Below are positions 51,368-63,922 of a DNA stretch of 64,000 bases, in pieces (within the stretch, counting starts at the first letter, position 1; each line of letters opens with the position of its first letter). The notes under the pieces were generated by a model. It did not search any database and had not been told where the DNA came from. It saw only the letters and a list, made by a program, of their open reading frames with translations. Made by a program: the position numbers and the translations under genes. Source of the DNA: Octopus vulgaris. Taxonomy: Eukaryota. The DNA is taken from NCBI GenBank assembly GCA_951406725.2, contig OX597815.1:121520001-121584000 (forward strand). Direction: 5' to 3'.

Positions 51368-51650
51368 AGGTGTAGGCATAGTTGTGTGATTAAGAAACTT
51401 ACTTTCCAACGATGTGGCCTCAGGTTCAGTCCCACTGTGCCGTAACACACATATATGCATGATTATATGTGTGTAGTCCTGTCTTGACATCATGCAATGG
51501 TTGTAGACAATCATCCTCATCATACAACTGATGTTGTTTGTTTCCAATCTTTCTGACAGAAAGGGCAACCAGACAAACAATTGACTTCAATTAATTCTGT
51601 CCGACCCATGCAAGCATGGGAAAGTGTACATTAAAACAATGATGATGAGT
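51368..51650 (+). mobile_element. internally deleted SINE A with RTE-like tail
   Basis: GGTTCAGTCCCACTG...GTCTTGACATCA...CCCATGCAAGCATGGGAAAGTG..ATGATGATG. Confidence 0.7.
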
Positions 51651-52499
51651 CCCATCAGTAGTAGAAATTAATGTTTTTCTGTGTCTCAGTTCAGATGAAA
51701 GGAAGAAAAAAATTTTTTAGTGCCTTTTTAGATGAAAAGGTTTTTGAAGCTAATACATTATTGGATGCTGTGGTACGGGAAAGTGCACTACCATGAAGTT
51801 TTTTTCACTTGAGTGATAATAATCTTGTTTTGAATTAAATAATCTTGCAGCTCTTTTGTCAAGCAGCTTCTGTATCAAACATGCACACACACAACTAATA
51901 CCTTAGGTTTCACACACAACACTTTATTATAATAAAAATGATTAAAGCATATAGAAGATTAAAAATACTCTGAATACACACAGGAAAAAATTATCCAAAA
52001 TAAAGAAACTAATATTGGTTTAAAAACTATTATATTAAAAAAAGCTATCCATCATGAATGTGACTAGAACTGCTTGTTCTCTGAATTTCATCACTGCTAT
52101 CTTTAAAAACATAAAAATCCATACAAATCAACACACTCCATGTACCAATTGTTGTACATGCGTGCTTCCCTTAGGGAGTATAAAAATGCTATATGTTCCC
52201 CAAAATATAAAAATTCTCTTTGCTACTTGGCAAATAAAATGTGTTTATAAATACTATTTCTTTGAAGCAGTCGTATCACATTTTCCCCCATTTTAGAACA
52301 ATCTGGAAAAGTGATATAACTGTGTTATAAATATAATAGAGCAATTCTCAGTTTAATTTCACACATAACACCACTGCAAAATGCTACCAATGTTGGTAAA
52401 TGTTTGTATTCTATTTTTGCATAAATCCCTATAAATAGAAATGCTAACATATTTAAAATTCCAATATTTAATGCTTTGACAAATATTTTTTTCTGTGAA

Positions 52500-53775
52500 T
52501 GGTATATAAGACACTTGCTTCCCCAGCACGTGGTCTTGTGTGACACCATGGATAAGTATGTTTTACTATAGCTCAGGTCGATCAAGACCTTGTGAGAGAA
52601 TTTTGAAGATAGAAACTGAAAGAGGCCCATCATGTGTGTGTGTGTATACAGGGTGTGGTGAATATATTGTTGTGTAAATTACACAACAATGAAAATAACA
52701 CTGACATCTCATTTTAACATATATATTTACCAAAATTACATAAAAATGTCTTGAAAAACTGAAGAGTAAATTTATTCAATAAAATCGCCATTGACTTCAA
52801 CCACAACCTCCAGACGACTTTGGAATCTACTGCAAGTCTTCTGGACAATCTCCTTGTTTAAGTTGGTGAATGCTGTCATAATCCTTGCCTTCAGTTCATC
52901 TTTGGTGTTACAAGGAGTTTTGTTAGTCTCTCGCTCAACTGCGCCCCAGACATAATAATCAAGGGTGTTGCAGTCTTGGGAGTTAGGTTGCCAGCTGTTA
53001 GGAGTGATGTGGTTGCAGAAAATGTCTGACAGCCATGACTGGGTTCTCTGCTTGTATGGCATGGTGCAGAGTCCTGTTGCCAGACATAGGGTCTTCTGGC
53101 AGCACTGCTTCCTCCAAGCACTTGATATAGGCCTCTATGTTGAGTCTGAGGTTGTGTAGAAAGATGAATGGAGGCATGATGCCACCATCACTAGTGATCT
53201 CTCCAAACACCATGATGTTGACTGGATGTTTGATTTTTATCACTTTAAGTATGTTTTGGAGATATGGCAAGCCAACGGTTGTTCTGTGTGTTCACTATCT
53301 GTTTGTATTGGTGCTTCCAGCACAAATGCCAAGTAATACAGCATGTCATTTTCAAATTTCTGGCAGAGTGAATTGTGTCACAGTGCTGTTTTTCTCCCTG
53401 ACAGTGCCTAACTGACCCTACTATACTGTGTATTTGACAAATCAAATGCAAATAATGTGCATGTATGAAATTAAAAATATAAAATGGCTACAATTTACTC
53501 ATCACGACCTGTATATGTGTGTATGTATGTGTTTGTCCAGACATCATATATGGTGATTGCAATTGAACATCATTGTCATACAAATGAGGTTTTCCGTTTC
53601 CAGTTTCCCATGAAAAATATACTTAGCTGGGAGAAAATATTACCTTTGTTGGAAACAGGTGAGTGCTGGTGACAGGAAAGGTGTCCAGCTTAAGAAAATC
53701 TGCCTCGACAAATTCCATGTTAACCTATCCAAGCATTAAAAAGTGAACTTAAACTATGATGATGATGACGATGAT
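52500..53775 (+). mobile_element. SINE A with RTE-like tail, hosting the maT transposon
   Basis: Head and core at 52500-52646; remainder at 53514-53775 ending GATGATGACGATG. Confidence 0.7.
52649..53511 (-). mobile_element. Tc1/mariner DD37D (maT) transposon, internally deleted and frameshifted
   Basis: TA|CAGGGTGTGGTGAATATATTG ... CAATTTACTCATCACGACCTG|TA imperfect TIRs. Transposase KHPVNIMVFG..WQQDSAPCHTS/RTQSW..WQPNSQDCNTLDYYVWG has 37 residues between the second and third catalytic Asp after repairing a 1-nt deletion. Confidence 0.88.
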
Positions 53776-55529
53776 AGTTATAAACATGGGAGTGTACTGA
53801 TGGTGAAGCTGCTAGGTTAAAGAATAACCATCTGAAAGGTTGGAAGTTCCTCTCTTGTCACCAGAACTGTACAGGATCTATGGCTAAATCACACTGTAAT
53901 CTCATTAGGCTAATTCAACTTATCCGGAAATATGTATCATGGGGTAGTAATAACCTCTTGTTTATAAGCAGCGCAATAAAATGAATTGTTGTGTTTATTT
54001 GCAGTGTTGGAGAATGATAAACTTTAATCAAACTGACTTGTTTTTACATATGCAACATAAAGATAAAATCTGCAATGATGCTAAAATGCCTTGAGGCATT
54101 GAGTGAAATTGGTGAATGAGTAAATACACATACACGGAGTTGCACACACACTCACACACACTCTCTCTCTCTCTTTTTGTAGTGCAGAGAGTCAAGACAA
54201 GTAGCTTATGGAGTTTATGATTCTCTTAAATTCTACCAAGATCAACTTTACTTTTGTTTTCAGGTTGATGAAATAAAGTGTCATTCTGTGTCAGTGGAAT
54301 TAGAATGGTTTAGATGATTAGCTATTTTGTGGTGGTTGTTCTCTTTACATTCTGAGCTCTTTGGTGGTTAAAATCAACCTATTACTCTGTTCAACACTAT
54401 CAACTGGTCCTTGGGTGCCTTCAGTAGACTTCACTTTATTGTAAGCATTTGAGACTTGGGTTTTTTTTTTCTTTTTAAACAGTGAAGGGTTATGAGTGCT
54501 GCTCTTCCCTCTTTTACTTAAACAGTAAAAAAATAAAAATAAAAATAGAAATTTAAAAATACTGTTATGCAGTGATTGGCCATGAGAGATGGAATAGATG
54601 TTAGTCAGAGCATGCTACAAAATATTAGGCCAGAGTTCATGTGTCATTTACATGCTTTATTTCAGATTTTCATGCAACATATGTGAGGAAAACCTTAATT
54701 TGTCTTAAATTGGTTGGGTACACACTCCTGATCAATAATTTCAATGTTTCCCCAAACAATGGATGCTTGTAAATTTTTGACGTGCTGCTGATGAAATATA
54801 TATTTTATCTAATGATTCATCGACTCTGTGTTAATATAATGGTAATTTTTCAGGTCAGTTGAATAATTTATGTTAATTAAGGTAGAAGGCTGTTAATATT
54901 ACAAACTTCTGACAATTGGGTTGAAAAAGGCATTTCTTTGCAAAAAGGATGTAAGGTTATTGATGTCAACTTCTTTTTCTTTCTATAAATCTTGCTTCAT
55001 TTGTTTCCAGGAGCAACAACACCTCTAAGGGGTCATTACCATCAACATCAAATAGCCTGAACATACCATACTAATGATGGCTTTCACATCCATCCTTCTC
55101 ATCATGCTCAATCTACTTTAACACAGATCGTTTCTTAGTCTTACTTTATCACCATTCCTTACTTTTGTTCTATTCTTATTTGCATTTATTTGAATGGCAA
55201 AATATATGTTCTTCTGGAAACATCTGATGTCCTTGACATCAGAATACAAGCTACATTTTCTTTGTGGAATCCTACATTTTGAACTCTAGTTGATTCATGC
55301 CTGTCCCTTCATATGTACAAAGTAATAAAAACAAGTAACACCACAAAGGAGATATTACAAAAAAGGCCTTGTGGAAATCTGTGTTTCTATCAAGAGGAAA
55401 GGAGGCCTAGTTAAAGCATTCCAATATCAAGAATACAAACTAATTAGATTTAATACAATGAAAAAGCACTTGATATCATATACATATAGAAAGTATTGAA
55501 GAAGAAAAAATTACGTAAAATTACATTAT

Positions 55530-55935
55530 AGGCACAGACTGGCTGTGTTATGAAATTTGCTTTCCAATCACATTGTTCTAGGCTCAGTCCCACTGCGTGG
55601 CACCTTGGACAAGTGTCTTTTGCTGTAGCCTTGGGTCAACCAAAGCCTTATGAGTGGATTTAGTACATGGAAACTGAAAGAAGCCCATTGTATCTATATG
55701 TGTGTGTGTCTGTCTGTCTGTATTTGTTTGTCCCACCACCACCACTTAACAACTGGTATTGGTATGTTTACATCCCCATAACTTAGCAGTTTGGCAAAAG
55801 ATACCAATAGAAGTACCAGGCTTAAAAAAAAAAAATTATAAGTACTGGGGTTGATTTGCTTGACTAAAAGTTCTTCAAGATGGTGCTCCAACATGGTCAC
55901 AGTTTAAAGACTGAAACAAGTTAAAGAATAAAAGA
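55530..55935 (+). mobile_element. SINE family A
   Basis: CTCAGTCCCACTGCGTGGCACCTTGGACAAGTGTC...GACTGAAACAAGTTAAAGAATAAAAG. Confidence 0.88.
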
Positions 55936-56944
55936 TATAAGATATAACTCTGCACTGGTTCTTCTTCACAAGAAAAACTTCCAAATCATCAAAACACTGA
56001 AATTAGTTTCCAGTTTTCTTTTGTTTCTGATTTGCTAGAGATGTTGATGTTCATATCTCTAATTTACTCTACAATCGTGTCATTTGTATTTTATGGCAGT
56101 GACGTAGGGGGACACTTCACAGTTCATGCTCAAACGTAATTGAATGAAAGTCATTATGCAACACTGACTCACTGCCAAACCACTCCAGCATTGATCACAA
56201 TGGCACACATTATCAAGGTTACAGTTTACTATATTTGTAAACAAAAACATGTTTATGATATGTAAGCACACGCTCATGAAAATAGAATATTTTTTTCAAG
56301 CTTATAAATTATATTTTGGTACCCAACTGGACTTGAATATTTTTTTCTTTTCTGCCTATTCTGCTAATGTCACTGAAGTGCCAGTAACAATTACAATGAT
56401 AACTGACTTTAGCACTTGTTGGTTATGCAGCAAGGCATGATTCGTTTGTTTTGTTTTACATGCTTTTCCATGCTTGCATGGATTAGACGGATATATTACT
56501 GAGACATAGTTTTACAGCCATTCCTGTAGCTAACCTTCCTTTTATTTCACATGTCTATGAACGCATATACTGAACAAACAAGTTATTGACAGAAATGACG
56601 GCAGCATTGCATTCGGTGACTTGTCCTTGAGTACAGATGTAAACAAACACATGTATACATTTGCTTTTCAACCACTTGGTTCTGAGTCTCAGTTTCACAA
56701 TATAGCACCTTGAGTAAGGGGTTAGTGTCTTCTAATATAGCCCTAGGCCAACCAAAACCTTCTGAGTGGATTTGGTAGACTGAAACTGAAAGAAACCTAT
56801 CAAGCTTTGGCTTTCTCTGGGGGCTTAGTAGAACCAGATTTAGCATAATCTGAGTCGAGAACCATATTGTGCCCCCTGAAGTTGATTTACCATATAGAGT
56901 GCAGTGTAATAGTATGACAAAGCTGTTTTTTTTATATATATTCT

Positions 56945-57300
56945 GTTATTCTTTTACTTGTTTCAGTCATTTTACTGTGGCCATGGAGGGTTTTAGTTGA
57001 ACAAATGAACCCCAGGACTTATTTTTTAAGCTTAGTACTTATTATGCCAAACTGCTAAGTTACTGAGATGTAAACACTCCAACACTGGTTGTCTAGCTAT
57101 CTTGCGGGAGTGGGGGGGGGGTAGATAATACACACACATATATACGACAGGCTTCTTTCAGTTTCCATCTACCAAATCCACTCACAAGGCTTTGGTTGGC
57201 CCGCAGCTATAGTCGAAGACACTTGCCCAAGGTGCCATGCAGTGGGACTCAACCTGGAGCTATGAGACTGGGAAGTAAACTTCTTACCACACAGCCACAC
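56945..57300 (-). mobile_element. SINE family A
   Basis: CTTTTACTTGTTTCAGTC...GAAGACACTTGCCCAAGGTGCCATGCAGTGGGAC..CTTACCACACAGCCAC. Confidence 0.88.
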
Positions 57301-57346
<46 letters not shown>

Positions 57347-57677
57347 CTGCGAGTGTTTGCATTTGTCAACATCCCTGTAACAGAGTGGTTTGGCAAAAAG
57401 AGATCAATAGAATAAGTACATTGGTCAATTTGTTCAACTAAATCCTTCAAGGAGTATGACAAAGTTGTTTCACCCCACCCCCACTGTCATTTGTCGTCCC
57501 TTATGCCCCTAGTTTGTGGTGGTAGTCACAATAGAGATAGGCATAGTGGGCTGTAAGTGTCAATGTTTCTCTACACATATTTCTGGAGCCAATGAGGTAT
57601 TTTAAGTTGCTTCTGTTTCTGTGTGTGAATACTTTTATGATGATTCGAATGATATAGTTCTGAATTGTTTTGTAAAC

Positions 57678-58006
57678 GTCACTGAGGAAATGACTAGAGA
57701 CCGAGACCTCTGGAAGTGTGCTGTGCGCGAGAAGACCCGGCAGGACAAGTGAGTCCATAACCCGTGGCCTTCTACATGGGATGGAGCCAGGCTACGTATG
57801 CATACCTTCCCTTCTTGGGACACAAAACTCTACTTGTGAAGACCTGTTGAGGCAAGTGAGGATCAGAATCGAAATCGATCAATAGAAATTGCAGATGTGT
57901 TACCAGTGCCGGTGGCATGTCGAAACTCTACTTGTGAAGACCTGTTGAGGCAAGTGAGGATCAGAATCGAAATCGATCAATGGAAATTGCAGATGTGTTA
58001 CCAGTG
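57678..58006 (+). mobile_element. RTE ORF end and UTR fragment with a tandem duplication (period ~98 bp)
   Basis: TEEMTRDRDLWKCAVREKTRQDK*; AAACTCTACTTGTGAAGACC...GTGTTACCAGTG at 57825-57908 and 57923-58006. Confidence 0.85.
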
Positions 58007-58260
58007 ATTGAAAATGTATTGCCAAGGACAGTGTGAAAGCCTATTTCACAGTTCTTGCCAATACACATCAACAACAAACAAGTTCTTAGGTCTATAAGTG
58101 TTGCTTTTGTGCAGCTTGTGGAGACGTGAACAGCACTCCTTCATGTTTTTTATAGTAATCTTTTGTATGTAAAGGCATCAGTGACCCAGTTAAGACTAGT
58201 GTAATCCGTGATAAATCCAGTATGGTGTTTGTACACTATTATTTTGCACTTGGCAAGATA

Positions 58261-58737
58261 TTAGCCTTTTAGCATTCAGATTCCTCTGTCAAATGTAATG
58301 CTTTTTTATTCACATTGTTTTGAATTAGTCATGCATTACTTTGTAGCTTTGAGATTTCAGTGACCTGTTTATTTTTAGAATAATGTTTAGAATAATGCTG
58401 AAGTGAAATCATAGTCATTGCAGATACTAGGGGCATAAGGGACGACAACTGATAGTGGGGGTGTCATGCAACTAGTATGTAAATGCACTCATTACACTCT
58501 CAGAGTAGTTGGCATTAAGAAGGACATTCAGCCATAAAAACCATGCCAAATTAGACTGGAGTCTGGTGCGGCCCCTCAGCTTACCAACCCTAATCAAACC
58601 ATCCATGCCATGCTAGCATAAACAGCAGACATTAAATGATGACGATGATGTAGGATAAGTGTGAGAAACTGGCCATTTTGAAAATAAAATAGAATATTTT
58701 GGCCAGATAAGGGGTTAGATTAAATGCTAAGGGTTAA
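58261..58737. mobile_element. TTAA-type MITE interrupted by an RTE tail fragment (~58400-58650)
   Basis: Termini TTAGCCTTTTAGCATT / AATGCTAAGGGTTAA; homologous to 36040-36260. Confidence 0.65.
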
Positions 58738-59117
58738 GCTGTATCCTGTGCTAAGGCATCAGCTGCGGTGTTCAAGAGAATTTGAGAGTATGGAAATACT
58801 GTTTAGACACACTATTCCTTGGTTCACTGTTACCCAGAGCAGAAGTACCAGTCAAGGGCCCCAGATATGGATCAAATAGCAGAATATGGTTCTACGACTA
58901 AGACAAATAGGATTCATAAAAGTGCAAGCTCCTTGACATGTCTCAAATAGATTCACCAGTGTGTGGATATGCCCTTATGTCACATAAACCAGAACCCCCT
59001 GCCTAAGGGTGAAAAAGGTCCTGTGCCTCAAGAGTAAGCTTGAGAAAGCAAGAGGTTTGCAGAGTAAGCTGTAAATCTTGCATGCACCTGCACCCTATTG
59101 TACAATGCTATCTGTTC

Positions 59118-59225
59118 ATTATTTACATTATTTAAAATTGACGGATATTTGAACTCGTCTTGTTTGTTGTTAACACAATGTTTCAGCCGAAACGTTGTAT
59201 TAACAACAAACAAGATGTGGACAAA
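59118..59225. mobile_element. collapsed copy of the 11511-11994 palindromic element
   Basis: TTGACGGATATTTG..TCTTGTTTGTTGTTAACACAATGTTTCAGCCGAAACGTTGTATTAACAACAAACAAGATGTGGACAAA. Confidence 0.8.
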
Positions 59226-59261
59226 CCTTTTGTAACAGCTCTACTGGGCACTGTTATTAAA

Positions 59262-59705
59262 GGAGCAAGTTGGCAAAATGGTTAGCACGCTGGGCGAAAT
59301 GCTTCATCCATCATTATGTTCTGAGTTCAAATTCTGCCAAGGTTGAGTTTGCCTTTCATTCTTTCAGGGTCAATAAACTAGATACCAGTGAAACACTGGG
59401 ATTGATGTAATCAACTTGTCCCCTTCCCCAAAATTTTATGCATTGTGTCTTTAGTAGAAAGGATTATTATTACGATTATTAAGGTGGTGAGCTGGCAGAA
59501 TTGTTAGTGTGCCAGGCAAAATGCTTAGCAGCATTTTGTCTGTCTTTATGTTCTAAGTTCAAATTCCACTGCGGTCAACTTTGCCTTTTATCCTTTCAGG
59601 ATACATAAAATAAGTACCAGTTGAGTGCTGGGAGTCAATGTAATTGACTTATCCCTCTCCCAAAATTGATAGTCACATGCCAAAATTTGAAGCCATTATT
59701 ATTAT
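59262..59705 (+). mobile_element. two head-to-tail SINE B copies separated by ATT repeats
   Basis: Cores GCCTTTCATTCTTTCAGGGTCAATAAA and GCCTTTTATCCTTTCAGG; junction AGAAAGGATTATTATTACGATTATTAAGGTGG. Confidence 0.85.
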
Positions 59706-60247
59706 TATTTGTTTGGCTTTTGCTTTGTATTTGTACAAGTTAATTCCAGGTCTCACCCAGAGACCTCAAGAGACAACAAGTTAGAAGTTCAAGTCGGCAT
59801 TATGACTAGGGTACCATATTTTTCACTTTGCACAGGGTATTGTTCTAGAGGGTGTCTAGAACAATTTTTATTATTATTATCATCATCATTATTCAACTAG
59901 TAAACCATTTAACAAATTAACTGATTGATTCTTTGATTAATTGTTAAGTCAATGAGATCCTCACAAGATACAACATAATCTGTTTCAACCTATGATTTCA
60001 CATCAAGAATCTTGCAAACAAAATACAAAACCAAAATTTGTAATTATTTTCATTACATTTCATTCTCTATCATTGTTACATGTCTTATCTCTGAATATAA
60101 GCATTGACCCAGACTGGTTTCTGTCTAGGAAACTTTATTTCCTAAATTCCTATTATTTCTCTGTATATGTATATGGTGTGTTTATGTTATGTGAGATGGT
60201 TGGGTGAATCTCATGTTCCTTATTGTTGTTAATAAGAAAAGTGATGA

Positions 60248-60464
60248 AGGCAGTGAGCTGGTAGAATTGTTAGCATGCCAGGTAAAATGTTTAGCAGCAT
60301 TTCGGCTGTCTTTGACATTCTGAGTTCAAATTCTGCCAAGGTCAACTTTGCCATTCATTGTTTTGGAGTCGATAAAATAAGTACCAGTTGAGCACTGGGG
60401 CTGACGTAATTGATTTGGCCCTCCCCTGAAAGTGTTGATCTTGTGCCAGAATTTGAAACCATTT
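60248..60464 (+). mobile_element. SINE family B with a 14-bp imperfect TSD
   Basis: Flanks AAGAAAAGTGATGA / AAGAAGAGTGATGA. Confidence 0.88.
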
Positions 60465-60601
60465 AAGAAGAGTGATGATTATTGTTGTCATTTAGCCCTT
60501 GGTCAATTTAAAATTTCATGACCATGTATTCCAGCTTTGATCATGTTGCCTTTTTGTATAATAGGACCTTACATTAGTCAGTGTGTTCTTCTTTATTTCA
60601 G

Positions 60602-60726
60602 ATGTTAGGATTTTACCTGAGGGAGATTTGGCTGGCATTACTAGCAAATCATGTGTCCATATCAAGGTACCCTTATTAACTGAAGTGGATTTCACAGGCA
60701 TTGCTCGTTTGGAACCTTGTTTTTAG
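60602..60726 (+). CDS. candidate coding exon (phase 1: xVRILPEGDLAGITSKSCVHIKVPLLTEVDFTGIARLEPCF*), gene unidentified
   Basis: Acceptor gtgttcttctttatttcAG; open to TAG at 60724-60726 with a more coding-like composition than the flanks. An alternative donor AAG|gtaccc at 60666 and a phase-0 reading (MLGFYLREIWLALLANHVSIS) are also possible. Confidence 0.35.
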
Positions 60727-60799
60727 GCAGTTGTCATAGAGTTGGCATCATTGGGTAGCTGTTAGGCTAATACCTAGGTTTGCATAACTATGATGTCAT

Positions 60800-61860
60800 T
60801 TGCATATGAGTTTGTATAGAGCTATATTTAAAAGTATATATATACTGGTATACTGCTTGGGAAACTACGTAGTCTGGATATGTTATTATTGTAGTCTATA
60901 TTAGGCTTGGCAAGTTGTGAAGAGGCTTACTCATGTGTATTTTGTTTGTTAGAAAGGTGCTTTGTATTTTATTTATACGTAGGTAAAGAACAACAAAGTT
61001 AAAAACTCTACTATTGTTACTAATAGTTCAAGAGGTGTGTTATGGTATGTTGTTGTTGAAGTCATTGTATAAGTTTTTCTGTATGGTTTGTGAGTAGTGG
61101 GGTAACTTAGTGTAATGATGTGAATTTGTGAGTTGGAGAGAGGAGCCAGTGGGTCAATAACATCAAAAACTATTCTGAGATGTTTTTGCAATTCTAATAC
61201 TTAGCAGAAAACCCAACTTCAGTATCAGTTTTTTTTTTCTACTTTTGTTAAGAATTATTAGAATTCTTCACATTTTCAAGATTGTCAAGATCAGGTATCA
61301 ATGTTATAAATAGTTGATGAGTGCAATAATTTTTTGCAGTCCCTATATTTTTGAGGGCAGTGTATATTTGTGATTTGCAGTACCCTGGGGCTTTTGAGTT
61401 TTTACATTTCCATAATGCTTTTCTGGTCTCTGCTGGAATGTAAGGAAATGGTCAAAGGAACATGTATGGTTTCTGTTTTCTATTTCTGTTTTCTTTGTGT
61501 GGCTTCAGAAAAGTGTTTAATCAAGATGTTTTCATGCCGTTGAGGTATGGGGATGTTATTTTAATGCTAAGCTGTTATAGGGATGTAGTGTTCTATTATG
61601 TTTCATTATCAGAGTTATTGATGAGGCTAATTATTTTGTATAACATTTTACTCTTTTGGAATTTATTCCAAATACAAGCATTTATCAGTTTTGAGTAATT
61701 TTTTTGCCTTTTTTGTATATTTTGTTAAGTCATTTGATGCAGTTTTATTTCACTTGTGTGTGGGGGAGGGTGCTGGCAGTTCTTGTTTGAAGTTGTCCTT
61801 GGTTTTTATCTGGTATTAAATTCTGTATTTTGTTGATGCTTTCTTTTTATAAAGTATTTA
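60800..61860 (-). mobile_element. possible highly decayed Penelope-like body
   Basis: Strong G/T strand skew and minus-strand PTTHKP (compare the PLE linker P.VTT.NP). No intact RT motifs. Confidence 0.25.
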
Positions 61861-63485
61861 TATATTTATTTGTGATTCATATTTTTTTTATTTATTTGTG
61901 ATTCATATTTTTTATGAAAAGATCTTGTAATATGAAAAGCAATGAAATGAAATATTGACAATATAAAATTGTCATTTAACTGAGAAATGATAGACACCAC
62001 CAAAGAGAAGCTGTTTTGAAGACTTATCTAACTGAAGCTTGCTCACAAAAATGAACACCTGTTTGATGTCAGCTTTAGTTAGAATCAAAAGAAGGTTAGA
62101 TTAAATGGTTACAAAAATGTAGTTATAAATGCATGTACAATGTATAGACATGTGCAAAATAAAAAGTTGGCACTAGCTTTCAGCTGGCATCCTTTGAGAT
62201 ATGGTTCTAATACCATCAAATTGTCTTTTAAAGAACTCGTATTCGGATCTAATATCTCTAAAAAGTGTTTCTTTCAACAGTTTCTTGAAATCTTAGTGTT
62301 GCCATTTTTTTTTTCTGAACTAAAACTTTATCTATTGAAAAGTTATATCTTGAACAGTATCTAAAATTGATGAGTTGAGTCTAAGTTTATGGTATTGAGA
62401 TTTTACTTTAACAGTGATGTGTGAGATATTAAAACACCATAAGACAGGTTGCAATCCATCATGGTTTCTATTTAGTAGGACTGTTGGGTACACAGTGAAT
62501 GCTACAGCTCTTAGAGATGTAGCTGTTCTCTCAATCATGAAAAATGTGCTTTATTAAATCACTTTATAAGTATCTCTTAAGTATTAAATCACTTTAGTAT
62601 TAAATCACTTATAAGTCATAAGAGTTACAAGTTTCAGTTACTTTTTTATTTTATACACTCAAAAAGACCACACAAGGTGTATTTTTAGATAGTAAACTCC
62701 AGGAATAAAACGAGATTTTTTTTTACCTATTTTTGGAACTGTTAAAGTAAGTACTAAAGGAGCTGCTAGAAAAAAAAATAGGCGGCATGAACTAACACTA
62801 TACCCACAAATGAAGATAAAAAATGATACTATGTAATACTATGCAAGCATAGAAATGTTATTTTCTGTGTATACATTTTGTTAACATCCTTTCTCATAAC
62901 TGTAAGTTTATGATAGTTCACTGTTGACTACGTTGTTTTTATGAGATCAGACATAAATATAACCATTGTTACATCCTTATGAAATATTTGTGGACTGTTT
63001 ACATCGACGTGTTCAACTGACATAGGTATAAACTTCTAATTCACAGGTGAATGGTTGGCAACTGGGTTACATTCAGCTACAAAGGAATTATTCCATCAAA
63101 GTCATTCAATCCATTCTAACACTGAAAAAATTCTGGAATTTTAAACAGCATTTGCAATATTTATATAACCTATATTATATACTAGCTATCTTTATTTGTT
63201 GTAATGGTATTAGTCTTTTATTGGATTCCTACTATTCCTTTATTTCAGAGACACTTTTTTTCCAGTTTGTAACCATTTATTTATTGCAGTCTTTCCCTTT
63301 ATAACAAAATCTATTTACCTAAGAAGTAGCTTTAGCAGCTCTACTTCTGTTTCATTCATGGAGTATGAAACAGTTGTAGTGATTACTCACTGGTGTATAT
63401 GCTTATAGTTATGTAGATCTGAACAAGACAGGATATTTGGCACAAACCCAATGATAATGGTATTTTGGAGTTAGTAGGATTCCTA

Positions 63486-63644
63486 GCAGGAGTGGCTGTG
63501 TGGTAAGTAGCTTGCTTACCAACCACATGGTTCCGGGTTCAGTCCCACTGCATGGCACCTTGGGCAAGTGTCTTCTACTATAGCCTTGGGCCTACTAAGG
63601 CCTTGTGAGTGGATTTGGTATACAGAAACTGAAAGAAGCCCATC

Positions 63645-63702
<58 letters not shown>

Positions 63703-63922
63703 ACGTCTGTTTGTGTGTCTTTGTTTGTCCCCCCCCCAACATCGCTTGACAATCGATGCTGGTGTGTTTGTGTCCCTGTAATTTAGCGGTTTGGCAAAAG
63801 AGACCGATAGAATAAGTATTAGGCTCACAAAGAATAAGTCCAGGGGTCGATTTGCTCGACTAAAGGTGGTGCTCCAGCATGGTCGCAGTCAAATGGCTGA
63901 AGCAAGTAAAAAAGTAAAAGAG
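63486..63922 (+). mobile_element. well-preserved full-length SINE family A
   Basis: A box TGGCTGTGTGGTAAG, B box GGTTCAGTCCC, ACCTTGGGCAAGTG core start, internal (TA)n(TG)n, 3' end CTCCAGCATGG..GAAGCAAGTAAAA. Confidence 0.92.

Noticed and set aside
55011-55075. Acceptor ttgtttccAG followed by a short open stretch
   Set aside because: All frames stop within about 65 nt, there is no good donor, and joining to the 22066 exon creates TGA.
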